A DNA stretch of 63,424 nt, filler included. It is 7 parts of 7 records of this genome, joined end to end, with 100 filler letters (N's around TTAATTAATTAA, not from the genome) between each part and the next. Parts side by side here need not be neighbours in the genome. Positions count along the whole stretch, not along the records: positions 19,936 to 31,058 come from SRR31156797_17189; positions 31,159 to 38,797 come from SRR31156797_17201; positions 38,898 to 45,403 come from SRR31156797_17207; 4 more parts are not named here. One strand, 5' to 3'. The notes below the pieces were generated by a model. The model was given only the letters and a program-made list of their open reading frames with translations, was not told the origin of the DNA and ran no database searches. A program made the translations under genes and the position numbers. Positions 29,350 through 39,406 of this stretch are shown piece by piece (positions within the stretch are counted from its first letter, which is position 1; each line of letters opens with the position of its first letter).

Positions 29350-31058
29350 ATGTTTAAAAAATTTAGTGTTAGAAAAAAAATTCTACTTCCTGTAATTTTG
29401 TTGATGTTCATATCGTTTGGTGTTAATGCTGTAGTTCTATATAAAGTTTTACAAACAAAATTAACAGACAAAGTTGAAAGAGACTTAGAAACAAAAGTTG
29501 AACTACTTTGGAGAAGTTTGGATGTTCCCAGAACAGAAGCGCAAAACAAAGTAAAGTTTGATCTAAATGTAGCGCATGATTATTTTTATTCACAAAATAT
29601 TTTTGAAGAGATAGAAACAGATACAATTGAGATGGAAGCAATAAATCAGATTACAAAAGAAAAACATACTGTTTCATTAAATAAATGGACATTGAACAAA
29701 AAGCAGATGCAACAGAATTATGATTACGTTGATAAAATAAAATCAATGGTTGGAGGTACTGTTACTATATTTCAAAAGATAGATAACGGTTTTCTAAGAA
29801 TATCTACAAATGTTATGAAATTAGATGATACAAGAGCTGTAGGAACTTACATTCCAAACGATTCTCCTGTTATACAGACAATAATGTCCGGAGAAACTTT
29901 TTACGGTAGAGCTTTCGTCGTTAATGATTGGTATCTGACGGCATATGAACCTATCAAAATTAACGGAGAAATCAAAGGTATCTTATATGTAGGAGTTAAA
30001 GAGAAAAATCTTCCTGAGTTAAAGAAAGCATTCAGCTCTATTAACATAGGTGAAACAGGATATATTACATGTCTGGATTTAAAAGGAAACCTTCTCATTC
30101 ACCCTGATTCAGAGGGAGAAAACATTGCTGAAAGAGAATTTTTTCAGGAGATGATTACAAATAAAAAGGGTATCGTTTATTATGAATGGAAAGGAAAAGA
30201 AAAACTAGCTTCATACAGGGTTTATGAGCCATATGGCTGGGTAATTATGACAACAGCTTATAAAGCTGAATATATCAATAGTTTCCTCAACGATACAATT
30301 AACACAAACATAATTGTACTGGCTATCTCTTTATTGATTACAATTACCGCCTTAATAATTTTAATCACAGTGATTATGAAACCTCTTAAATTAATGGTTA
30401 ACAAATTTAATAAAATTTCAGACGGCTATATTGATCAATACATAGAGATCAGTTCCAATGATGAAATTGGACAAGTTGGAGAGGCTTATAACGAATTTCT
30501 GAGTAAGCTAAATAATTCTATTGATAACGTAAAATCTTTATCTGTAAAAGTTGAGAAAGATAACGGTATTTTGTTTAGACTTATAGATAATATTGCCAAA
30601 GGAAAAGAGAGTCATTATTTTGCAGAGATGAATAGTGGTTTAGAAGACGGTATCATTCAACTGGAACAGTTTATTCAAGCTGAACTTGATTCAGTTAGAA
30701 ACCAAACTGCAAGTACACAGCAAACACTTGCAGGATTAGAGGAAATTGCCGGAATGGTTAAAACTATTGAACACAATACGCACTCTACTTTGGAGTCATC
30801 AGAGAAAGGTTTACACATTGCTAATTCAAACAAACGTGATATAGACAGCATGAATGATAGTATTAATCAGATCAACACCAGTGTAGGGGAAACAAACATC
30901 AGAATAGAGGAGTTAACTAAATTATCTCAGGATATTGGCAATATTTTAGGAGTAATTACAGGTATTGCTGAGCAAACTAATTTATTGGCTCTTAATGCCG
31001 CAATTGAAGCTGCCAGAGCAGGAGATGCAGGAAAAGGTTTTGCTGTTGTAGCTGATGA
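29350..31058 (+). CDS. Methyl-accepting chemotaxis protein with Cache domains (3' truncated)
   Basis: [10 protein letters not shown]…RISTNV…RAVGT…YLTAYEPI Cache sensor, [26 protein letters not shown]. Confidence 0.95.
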
Positions 31059-31158
31059 NNNNNNNNNNNNNNNNNNNNNNNNNNNNNNNNNNNNNNNNNN
31101 NNTTAATTAATTAANNNNNNNNNNNNNNNNNNNNNNNNNNNNNNNNNNNNNNNNNNNN
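31059..31158. other. Artificial contig spacer
   Basis: N44-TTAATTAATTAA-N44. Confidence 0.99.
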
Positions 31159-32352
31159 TCTTCTATTATAAAGTTTTGTTAATTCATCAGTTTGGGATAA
31201 TAACCTTAGTTTTTTATTTATCACTTTTAGTTCTTGTGTTCTTTCCTCTATTTTTTCCTCAAGTCTTAGTTGGTTATTTTTCTTAACTTGAAGTGATAAT
31301 CTAAGTCCGACTATTATAGAAAGCAATACAAATATAGTTGCTTTTAATATACGATTTGATTTCTCAAGAGGTCTGTTAATAATTGTTCTTCCAAAAGGCA
31401 GATTTAGTTCTTTTATAGAGAAATCATCTAACATAACTTTGTCAAATATATACGAGTTATTTGACTCCAATATTTGTCGATCTGGAAAGATACCTGTTTT
31501 GATATACTCTTTTGCTATATTACCGGCAGCTTCTCCCTGTAAATAACCTGATGTGATCATTCCGCCAATAATTCCTTTTCCGAGATAAAAATCCCAAGAA
31601 CCAAAAATAGGTGAGAACGAGACTTCTTTAATTTGTTCGATACCCTCTTTATAGGTGAAAAATTGCCCTGTTTTATCTCTATTAACAGTTAAAATATATA
31701 TAGCGGAATCTTTTGGCAGCTCAAGAATTCTATTCTGCAACTCCTTCATACTAAAATTTCTATAAAGATCAATTTCAGCTTTATTAAATTCATTTAAAAT
31801 CGGAGTTAAATCCTTTGCAATTGAGTTTCCGGTAAGAGTTTCATCTAAAACGACCAATATTTTTTTAGTTTTAGGAAACAGTTTAGGAATCAAATTCAGA
31901 GTACTTTCATAATCTGCATTCTCTTTAATTCCGGCAATGTCTTCATAGCCATCTATAAGTTCTTCTCTAAAATAATTAATTCCACAAAAGATAATAGGAA
32001 TATCTTTATATAGATCATCTCTATTATTTAGAGCAAAGTTAAAAGCGGCATTATCAGAAGTGATGATCATATCAAACTGTATCTGCTGTGCTTTCTCTTC
32101 ATATAACTTTACTAATTGTTTATAATAATCATCTGAATAATTTCTTTTCGTATCCAGATACTCGTAATATATTTTTGCTCCCTTAACGTTATTAAGTGAA
32201 TCTTGAATTCCTTTTGATATATAATCAGTCCATTCTAAGCCCTGGTGATATGAATGAAGCACCAAAATATTTTGTGTTTGCTCGGCAAAAGTTGTATAGG
32301 AAAAGGTGATCACAATCAGAAGGAGAGAAAAATGTGTAATAAATTTTTTCAT
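31159..32352 (-). CDS. Periplasmic binding-protein-like sensor + TM + probable GGDEF (3' truncated)
   Basis: ILVLHSYHQGLEWT, EYLDTKR, IIFCGIN sensor; TM; coiled coil; ends at TDELTKLYNRR, the start of a GGDEF domain. Confidence 0.82.
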
Positions 32353-32480
32353 TTAATTCCCTTTCTTATCTAAAAAGATTAGCTATTTTATTTACTAAAT
32401 TATACTTGATTTTATTAGCTTTAACAATAGTTAAAATAACATAAGAATTGAATTAATGCAATAGGAAAATAAAAAAAGAA

Positions 32481-32509
32481 TTGACTTCGATGTAATATTT
32501 TGATAAAAT
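32481..32509 (+). promoter_or_regulatory. Sigma-70 promoter
   Basis: TTGACT-17 bp-TAAAAT with extended TGn. Confidence 0.7.
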
Positions 32510-32534
32510 TCCGCAGCAAAATACCTGTACATTA

Positions 32535-32552
32535 ATTAACCAAATAGTTAAT
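32535..32552. promoter_or_regulatory. Candidate repressor operator
   Basis: ATTAAC-CAAATA-GTTAAT palindrome just downstream of the promoter. Confidence 0.5.
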
Positions 32553-32597
32553 CAAAATAATTGTATGTGTTATCGTTTTTTTTGAAGGGGAGGAAGA

Positions 32598-32795
32598 ATG
32601 AATAAGAACAGAGTATCTAAAAATGAATTTGTAGAAAAAGTAGGGAACTTTATTATGAAAAGTTTAAAGGAAAACAAAAGTATGAGAATTTTATCGGAAG
32701 AAAAAAGGCGTGAAATAATGAATTTACAAGGTGAAAGTTTACTTGATAAGGAGATAAAAAGTTTGGGTTTTGTAAAAAAACATGATAAACTTTAA
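32598..32795 (+). CDS. Small hypothetical protein (65 aa)
   Basis: Strong SD GGGGAGGA; first gene after the promoter. Confidence 0.65.
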   Translation: MNKNRVSKNEFVEKVGNFIMKSLKENKSMRILSEEKRREIMNLQGESLLDKEIKSLGFVKKHDKL

Positions 32796-32824
32796 AATAA
32801 AAAAAATTAAATCGCGGAGGAATT

Positions 32825-33931
32825 ATGAGCGAGAAAATAATAAATCTGGATATAAAAGATAATTACAGAATAATAGTAATCAGCGATATTCATGGTCATC
32901 ATGAAGTGTTTAGTGAATTACTGGAAAAAGTAAAATTAAAAGAAAAAGACTATTTAATTATACTTGGTGATTTTCTTAATAAGGGAAATGATAGCTTTGA
33001 GACTTTGAAAAAACTCAAAAAACTGGGAAAAAGAAAAAAGACTTTTATACTAAAAGGCAATCACGAGTATTGGATAGAGTATATGGCTGAAAGTTTAGAT
33101 GGATTTACTGAGTACGAAAAATATATTACAGAGTATTATCATGAGACGATATTTCATGGTATGTTGGAGAGTCAGGATTTGACTCATGAGAGTTTTGATT
33201 CATCAGATGATCTTTATAAATTTTTTACTGAGAATCATTCTGAAGATTTTGATTTTTTATCTAAGCTGCCAATAATAGTTAAAAATGATGACTTTATCTT
33301 TGTACATGGGGGATATGAAGATGAGTTTGATATAGATAACGATGAGTTTAGCTTCTTGAAATATGATAATTATGGAGGGATAGCTAAAGGAACCAACAAA
33401 ATAGTTGTAGTTGGTCATTGGCCGGCTTGTCAGTTTAGAGAGGATAGAATTCTTAATGAACCTTACTTTAATCATGATAATAAAACTATATCAATTGACG
33501 GAGGTATAGGAGTTAAACCAAATGGTGAGTTAAATGCATTTATAATAGAAAAAAAGAACGGGGTAATTAATTATGATTGTATTAATCATAATTATTTCAA
33601 AACCGGAAAAATAATCAAAAAGCATATATTTGAAAAAGAGGAAACTATATTTGTAAACTATCCACATTATGATTTTGATATTATAAGCAGATGTGAAAAA
33701 TACAGCAGATGCCTGCATACATATAGTAATAAAAAATTTACTGTTTTTAATTCTCTAATAGATGAGAAAGATGGCAAATACGAGCTTAAAACTAATTATG
33801 TAAATAATTTTCTGAATTTAAAAATCGGAGATAATATTGAAATTGTAGAGATATATTCTGATTGTGCTTATGTTAGATTTAATGGTGAGTTTGGTTGGGT
33901 TTTGAGTGAGCAAGTAGAGATGATCAAATAG
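32825..33931 (+). CDS. Calcineurin-like metallophosphoesterase (PPP-like) with C-terminal SH3-like extension
   Basis: SDIHG, LGDFLNKG, GNHE, FVHGG, VGHWP, IDGG; C-terminal L.LKIGDNIEIV…YVRFNGEFGWV. Confidence 0.88.
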   Translation: MSEKIINLDIKDNYRIIVISDIHGHHEVFSELLEKVKLKEKDYLIILGDFLNKGNDSFETLKKLKKLGKRKKTFILKGNHEYWIEYMAESLDGFTEYEKYITEYYHETIFHGMLESQDLTHESFDSSDDLYKFFTENHSEDFDFLSKLPIIVKNDDFIFVHGGYEDEFDIDNDEFSFLKYDNYGGIAKGTNKIVVVGHWPACQFREDRILNEPYFNHDNKTISIDGGIGVKPNGELNAFIIEKKNGVINYDCINHNYFKTGKIIKKHIFEKEETIFVNYPHYDFDIISRCEKYSRCLHTYSNKKFTVFNSLIDEKDGKYELKTNYVNNFLNLKIGDNIEIVEIYSDCAYVRFNGEFGWVLSEQVEMIK

Positions 33932-33960
33932 CTATGAGAATAGATTAAGAAGGTGTAAAA

Positions 33961-34998
33961 ATGCATTATTCATATAAAAATAAAGGTGAACCAAGAGTAA
34001 GTATAATATACTCTGTATTTCATGAGATGATTTGTAGTTTGCATGTTTTAGCAAATGATGAACATCATGGTCCAAGATTGAATTGGAGCAAAAACATGAA
34101 GGATAAAATGAGTTCAACGGAGCTGGAAAAAGTTGAAAAATTTTCTATTCCAACAGATGAATGGCTTGGAATATTGGAGTACTCAAGTAAAGAACTATGT
34201 TGGGATAAAAGTGTGTTGGAAACATTAGAGTATATGATGAATGAAGAGTTAAAGGATTTTTATTTTAACTTTTTTAATGAATTTTATTCTATGCAAATTA
34301 TAGAACGTGCTCTTGTTAGTCTTAATATAGCACCTGAGATAAAAGAGGAACATATTCAGTTTTTTAACTCTCCTAAAAAAACCAGAAAAGAGTTAGTGAT
34401 TTTTTTAAGAGATTATTATACAAAATATTTTGCTGAAGAAATATCAAATGTAGAAGCGATTTATGTTAAGAAGTTGAATCATCTGTATGAAAGTGTAAAA
34501 AAAGAAAATATCTATAAATATATCGAAACTCTTCATCCAAGAATAGAAACAACAAAAACAAAAGTAAATTTACATAAATATAAATTATTCGAATTTTACA
34601 AAAAAGATTTAGATAATATAATGATAACGATAGGTAGTTTTTATATGCCGCATTTACTTTGCGGTTGGTTTGCTAAAACACTATCTCTTAGATTTCCTCT
34701 ATATTTAACAAGTTATGATAAAAATATGATACCAAAAGATTCATTAGCTGTATTTAAATCTGTAGCTGATGCCACGAGATTGCAAATAATAAAACAACTT
34801 TATCAGGGACCTAAATCTACTCAGAATTTAGCAGAAAAACTTGATCTTTCAGAGGCTGCGATATCAAAGAATTTGAAGCTTTTATATAATGCAAAAGTTG
34901 TATCAAAATCAAGAGATGGAAATTATGTAAACTATCATTTAAATGTAGATATGATAGATAGTTTGGTATTTCTTATGTATCAAATAATAACTGAATAA
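33961..34998 (+). CDS. ArsR/SmtB family regulator with long N-terminal domain
   Basis: C-terminal FKSVADATRLQII…STQNLAEKLDLSEAAISKNLK.L…RDGNYVNY. Confidence 0.88.
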   Translation: MHYSYKNKGEPRVSIIYSVFHEMICSLHVLANDEHHGPRLNWSKNMKDKMSSTELEKVEKFSIPTDEWLGILEYSSKELCWDKSVLETLEYMMNEELKDFYFNFFNEFYSMQIIERALVSLNIAPEIKEEHIQFFNSPKKTRKELVIFLRDYYTKYFAEEISNVEAIYVKKLNHLYESVKKENIYKYIETLHPRIETTKTKVNLHKYKLFEFYKKDLDNIMITIGSFYMPHLLCGWFAKTLSLRFPLYLTSYDKNMIPKDSLAVFKSVADATRLQIIKQLYQGPKSTQNLAEKLDLSEAAISKNLKLLYNAKVVSKSRDGNYVNYHLNVDMIDSLVFLMYQIITE

Positions 34999-35013
34999 AA
35001 TAGAAAAATAAAT

Positions 35014-35048
35014 AACAAAAACGAGGATGAATTCCTCGTTTTTGTTTT
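35014..35048. terminator. Bidirectional intrinsic terminator
   Basis: AACAAAAACGAGGA-TGAAT-TCCTCGTTTTTGTT between convergent genes. Confidence 0.85.
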
Positions 35049-35059
35049 GCAAGAAATAA

Positions 35060-37108
35060 TTATTGAATTTTAAACTGATCAATTGCATCTTGCAGATCAA
35101 TTGCTAATCTTGATAATTTTTCACTTGATGTTGCAATCTCCTGAGTTGAGCTTACTTGTTCCTCTATTGATGCAGAAGCTTCCTCTGTAGATGCTGCATT
35201 TTCCTCAGATATTGCAGCTAATGATTCTATTCTTTCAGAAACGTAATTTTTCGATCCTTCCATCTCTTTACTTCCTTCACTTAGAATTTCCGAGATAGAC
35301 TTTACACTTAATATAGCATCCGTTATGATTCTGAATTTCTCTTCAGTTTCACTTACTTTTGAAGCTTGATTTTGAGAAACATTTTGCGATTCCTCCATCT
35401 TTTTTACTACTAAACTTACATCTGATCTCAAGCTGTTAATCAGTTCATTTATCTCATCTGTTGCAGTTCTTGTTTGTTCAGCTAATTTTCTGATCTCATC
35501 AGCTACCACGGCAAATCCTCTTCCGGCTTCACCTGCTCTGGCTGCCTCTATAGCTGCATTTAATGCTAATAGATTTGTTTGTTCCGAGATAGATGCTATA
35601 AATGCACTGGCATTTTCAATGTTTTCCGAACTTTTACTTGCCTGTAATATACTTTTCGATGCATCTTCTGCTACTTGATTATTTAATTCAGTTTGTGAAG
35701 TCAGTTCATTTACAATTTTCAGACCGTCTTTAACGAAAACATTAACTTTATCAGTTGAGTTATTAAGATCAATAATATTTTGCTTATCTCTATCAATTAA
35801 CTCTCCTAAACTCATTAGATTCTCGGCACCTTCACTTGCATTTTCAGACTGTGATGAAGCTCCTTTAGCAATTTCCGTAATTGCATTTGATAACTCTTGG
35901 AATACAGACGATGATTGCTGTGACATTGCGGTTAATTCTTGTGAAAATGACGCGACACTACCTGAACTTTCAATCAAACTTTTTATTAATTTTCTTAAAT
36001 TAATTTGTAAATTTTGTATTGATTTCGCTATATCTCCAACTTCATCTTTCCTATTAATCTCATTGGAAGATATATCTTGAGATAAATCATAATTACCAAT
36101 TCTGGCTATACATTTCTGAAGTATAAGAATCGGTTTTGTAATAGATGTGGAAAAAACAAAAGATAATATTAGTGCTAAAAGAACAAATACAGCAATAAGA
36201 ATAAATACAAATTTTTGAAGTTTTATAGCGTTGGCCATCACTTCATTTTTATCTACTTCTATGATAAGTCCTGCATAATTTGCTCCTAACTTGATAACCC
36301 CCAGAGAACCGTAAACGGGATTACCCATATAATCATTATATAATCCGGTATGGGAAAACTCTTCATTTCCAGATGAGATTTCACTGCTTAAGGTTTGAGT
36401 TCCTACAGTATCAATAGTTTCCTTAAGAGATGCACTAGCTGTATAATCACCAAGTCTGGTTTCAGACTGTAGTAAGCCATTTTCATTTATTAAATATGAA
36501 TCACCGGAGTCACCTATCTTTTCGGTACCGTCATGAATGATGTTATTAATAGTGTGCTGGTTTAATACTATATTTAGAGTTCCCAATAATCTGTTATCTT
36601 TGCCGGTAATAGGTGTAGAGAGAGCCAGCATATTGTCATTTATTACATTAGAGAAGAACAGTGATGACCATTTTTGTTCCCCGTTTAAGGCTGCTTTGAC
36701 ATAATCACTTTCACTTAAATCTATGTCCATTAGAAAAAATTTTAATTGAACAGTTGAGACAACCACTCCATTGTTATCTGTTACGAAAATATCAGTAAAT
36801 CCATAGTTATTAACTGCTGTTTTCAAGAAAGCTTCCAGACGCTCTCTTTTTTCATCATTGATATCTTCCAGATTATTAACAATACTTTCCGAGCTGGCTA
36901 AAACGAAACCATCTCCTTTTCTTTCGTTGAAATATCCATTCAGTTTGTCTTTGGTTAAATCGAGAAAAATGTTATTAGAGTTCAATACGGATTTTTCTAA
37001 CTCTTTACTCATGTTGTAATAAATAATAGTACTTACAATTAATAATGGCAATATACCAACAATGAATCCCATAACTAATAATTTCGATTTCATTTTGAAG
37101 TTTTTCAT
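35060..37108 (-). CDS. Methyl-accepting chemotaxis protein (dCache, HAMP)
   Basis: Two TMs, [49 protein letters not shown]. Confidence 0.96.
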   Translation of the reverse strand: MKNFKMKSKLLVMGFIVGILPLLIVSTIIYYNMSKELEKSVLNSNNIFLDLTKDKLNGYFNERKGDGFVLASSESIVNNLEDINDEKRERLEAFLKTAVNNYGFTDIFVTDNNGVVVSTVQLKFFLMDIDLSESDYVKAALNGEQKWSSLFFSNVINDNMLALSTPITGKDNRLLGTLNIVLNQHTINNIIHDGTEKIGDSGDSYLINENGLLQSETRLGDYTASASLKETIDTVGTQTLSSEISSGNEEFSHTGLYNDYMGNPVYGSLGVIKLGANYAGLIIEVDKNEVMANAIKLQKFVFILIAVFVLLALILSFVFSTSITKPILILQKCIARIGNYDLSQDISSNEINRKDEVGDIAKSIQNLQINLRKLIKSLIESSGSVASFSQELTAMSQQSSSVFQELSNAITEIAKGASSQSENASEGAENLMSLGELIDRDKQNIIDLNNSTDKVNVFVKDGLKIVNELTSQTELNNQVAEDASKSILQASKSSENIENASAFIASISEQTNLLALNAAIEAARAGEAGRGFAVVADEIRKLAEQTRTATDEINELINSLRSDVSLVVKKMEESQNVSQNQASKVSETEEKFRIITDAILSVKSISEILSEGSKEMEGSKNYVSERIESLAAISEENAASTEEASASIEEQVSSTQEIATSSEKLSRLAIDLQDAIDQFKIQ

Positions 37109-37337
37109 AGATTAGTTCTTCCTCCTGTTTGATTAATTAATTGATTTAATAAATTATATTTTACTTCTTTTCAACGCTAAAATCAAACTTTTTTCATGTT
37201 TGAATTAAAAAAAATTAAGTAATAAAAAAAACGGATAAAATCCAGAAATTATTAAGAGTTCAGGACTTTGTTGAGAAATAAAAAAAACAGTATATAGTAA
37301 CTAAATATTACTAACATAATTAAAATTTATATAGCAT

Positions 37338-37379
37338 AAAAAAATCGCAATTGCCAAATTTATGACGATTACGATTATT
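37338..37379 (-). terminator. Intrinsic terminator after the MATE gene
   Basis: Minus strand AATAATCGTAATCGTCA-loop-TGGCAATTGCGATT followed by a T-run. Confidence 0.65.
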
Positions 37380-37403
37380 AATATCTAATATTAATTTTAA
37401 AAT

Positions 37404-38732
37404 TTATACTCTCTTTAACCATTTTTTGCTCAGAAATCTTTGAGTAGTTGCAAATATTTTAGTTAATTCATCTGTTATAGCCATTGCAAATACCAGAAAT
37501 ATCGGGAAGCCCAGTTTATAGCCTAAAAATGCCATTGGAATTGCTGTTCCCCATGTTCCCATTACATCTATTTGAAATATTCGTTTTGTATCTCCACCAG
37601 CTCTTAAGATACCAACCATATTAGTAAAATTAAAGGCTCTAATAGGCAGTATTAGTGCTAGTACTTTTATAACTCTCTCACTGGAAAGCTTAATATCATC
37701 AGGAATATTGTAAAAATCAACTAAATAATGTGCAAGTGTGAATAGGAAAAAACTAATTACAATTGCTGAGATAACATTTAATTTCAACATCTCTTTGGAT
37801 ACAAGATACGCTCTGTCAAAATTACCACGTCCAAGCTCCTGACCTACGATAACTCCTACAGCACTTCCCAATCCTATAATAACTATAAATGCTATTCTTT
37901 CTATAGAACCACTTATATTCATAGCAGTTACAGCCTCTGTTCCAACTCTCGCATATATCATGAAAAGTATAGTTGTTCCTATCGACCATACAACATGACT
38001 GGCAATAACAGGAAGTCCTGTTATGAAGAAATCACGGATTTTATCAAATGTGATCTCCTTAAAATGACTAAGTTTAAGAAAAATATCATATGACTTAATC
38101 TTAGATGTGACTATAATTGTGATAAACTCAAATATTCTCGCGAGAGTAGTGGCAATTGCAGCTCCTGCAACACCTAACTCAGGAAAACCGAATTTACCAA
38201 ATATCAATAGATAGTTAAATGTAATATTTACCAGCAAAGTTACGATACTTGCGTACATAGCCATCTGTGTATTTCCCATTGATCTAAGCAGTATAGAGTA
38301 GACAATAGTCATACCGGTAAATATATACGAGACAGATACAATCTTCAGATACGGTACAGCGACCTCTATAACTCTCATATCCTGAGTGTATAATCTCATC
38401 AATTGATCAGGTATAAAAAATGCTAATGATGCAAATATTGTTGCTAATAGTAGTGATATGCTTAAGACGATAGCCAATATTACTTTGATACTCTTCTTAT
38501 CACCACGCCCGTAATACTGTGATACAAATACTGCCCCTGCATTGTTTATACCAAAGCAAAACAGTATAAATAAAAATAGTATTTGATTTGATAAACCAAC
38601 AGATGCAATTTCAACTTCGCCGATTCTACCAATCATAAAAACATCTGCTAAATTAATCAATGATAAAACTAAACTCTGTAACATTATGGGCAGTGCAATA
38701 CCGACAATTTTTTTCCTTAACTCTTTTCCCAT
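37404..38732 (-). CDS. MATE family efflux transporter
   Basis: ALPIMLQ, D.FMIGRIG, SQYYG, FGFPELGVAGAAIAT, LRAGGDT. Confidence 0.95.
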   Translation of the reverse strand: MGKELRKKIVGIALPIMLQSLVLSLINLADVFMIGRIGEVEIASVGLSNQILFLFILFCFGINNAGAVFVSQYYGRGDKKSIKVILAIVLSISLLLATIFASLAFFIPDQLMRLYTQDMRVIEVAVPYLKIVSVSYIFTGMTIVYSILLRSMGNTQMAMYASIVTLLVNITFNYLLIFGKFGFPELGVAGAAIATTLARIFEFITIIVTSKIKSYDIFLKLSHFKEITFDKIRDFFITGLPVIASHVVWSIGTTILFMIYARVGTEAVTAMNISGSIERIAFIVIIGLGSAVGVIVGQELGRGNFDRAYLVSKEMLKLNVISAIVISFFLFTLAHYLVDFYNIPDDIKLSSERVIKVLALILPIRAFNFTNMVGILRAGGDTKRIFQIDVMGTWGTAIPMAFLGYKLGFPIFLVFAMAITDELTKIFATTQRFLSKKWLKRV

Positions 38733-38769
38733 TTTAACTCACTTATCCTTTTTTTTCTTTTGTAAAAAA

Positions 38770-38797
38770 GTTATGAAATTTATATAAATTTCATAAC
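38770..38797. repeat. Perfect 28-bp palindrome at the contig end
   Basis: GTTATGAAATTTATATAAATTTCATAAC equals its own reverse complement. Confidence 0.9.
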
Positions 38798-38897
38798 NNN
38801 NNNNNNNNNNNNNNNNNNNNNNNNNNNNNNNNNNNNNNNNNTTAATTAATTAANNNNNNNNNNNNNNNNNNNNNNNNNNNNNNNNNNNNNNNNNNNN
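38798..38897. other. Artificial contig spacer
   Basis: N44-TTAATTAATTAA-N44. Confidence 0.99.
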
Positions 38898-39260
38898 ACC
38901 CTCAGCGGCGGCGAACAGCAGATGCTGGCCATGGGCCGGGCTCTCATGGCGCGGCCCCGCCTGCTTTTACTCGACGAACCGTCCCTGGGACTATCCCCCC
39001 GGCTGGTCAAGGAAATATTCGCCATAGTGGAACGCATAAATGTTGAGGAAAACACAACCATTCTGCTGGTTGAACAGAACGCCCGCAAGGCCCTGGAAAT
39101 AGCCAAACATGGATACATTCTGGAAACAGGCCGCATGGTAATGGACGATACCACGGAAAATCTGAAAAAGAATGAAGATGTGCAGGAATTTTACCTGGGT
39201 ATGCGCGAAGAAGGAATTCGGGGCGCCAGGCGCTGGAAAAAGAAAAAAGTCTGGCGTTAA
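38898..39260 (+). CDS. LivF-type ABC transporter ATP-binding protein (5' truncated)
   Basis: TLSGGEQQMLAMGRALM, LLLDEPSLGLSP, LLVEQNA. Confidence 0.93.
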   Translation, partial: TLSGGEQQMLAMGRALMARPRLLLLDEPSLGLSPRLVKEIFAIVERINVEENTTILLVEQNARKALEIAKHGYILETGRMVMDDTTENLKKNEDVQEFYLGMREEGIRGARRWKKKKVWR

Positions 39261-39406
39261 AGCCATTGCCTCGACATTGGGATGGATATTAATCGCGGTG
39301 AGAAATAAAACCGCTATAAAACAACGATTTGGGGCTTAAGCATGCGGGAAGCCTGTCAGTCTCCAAAGCGGCGTTTGAAAGCGGCTTATAAAAGGAGGGC
39401 AAGATC

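Noticed and set aside
29350..32352. ORF-track extensions into X runs, suggesting adjacent MCP and GGDEF genes
   Set aside because: Both genes are truncated at a spacer, so their adjacency is artificial.
39260..39406. Possible riboswitch between the ABC ATPase and binding-protein genes
   Set aside because: Only short stems; no recognisable aptamer consensus.
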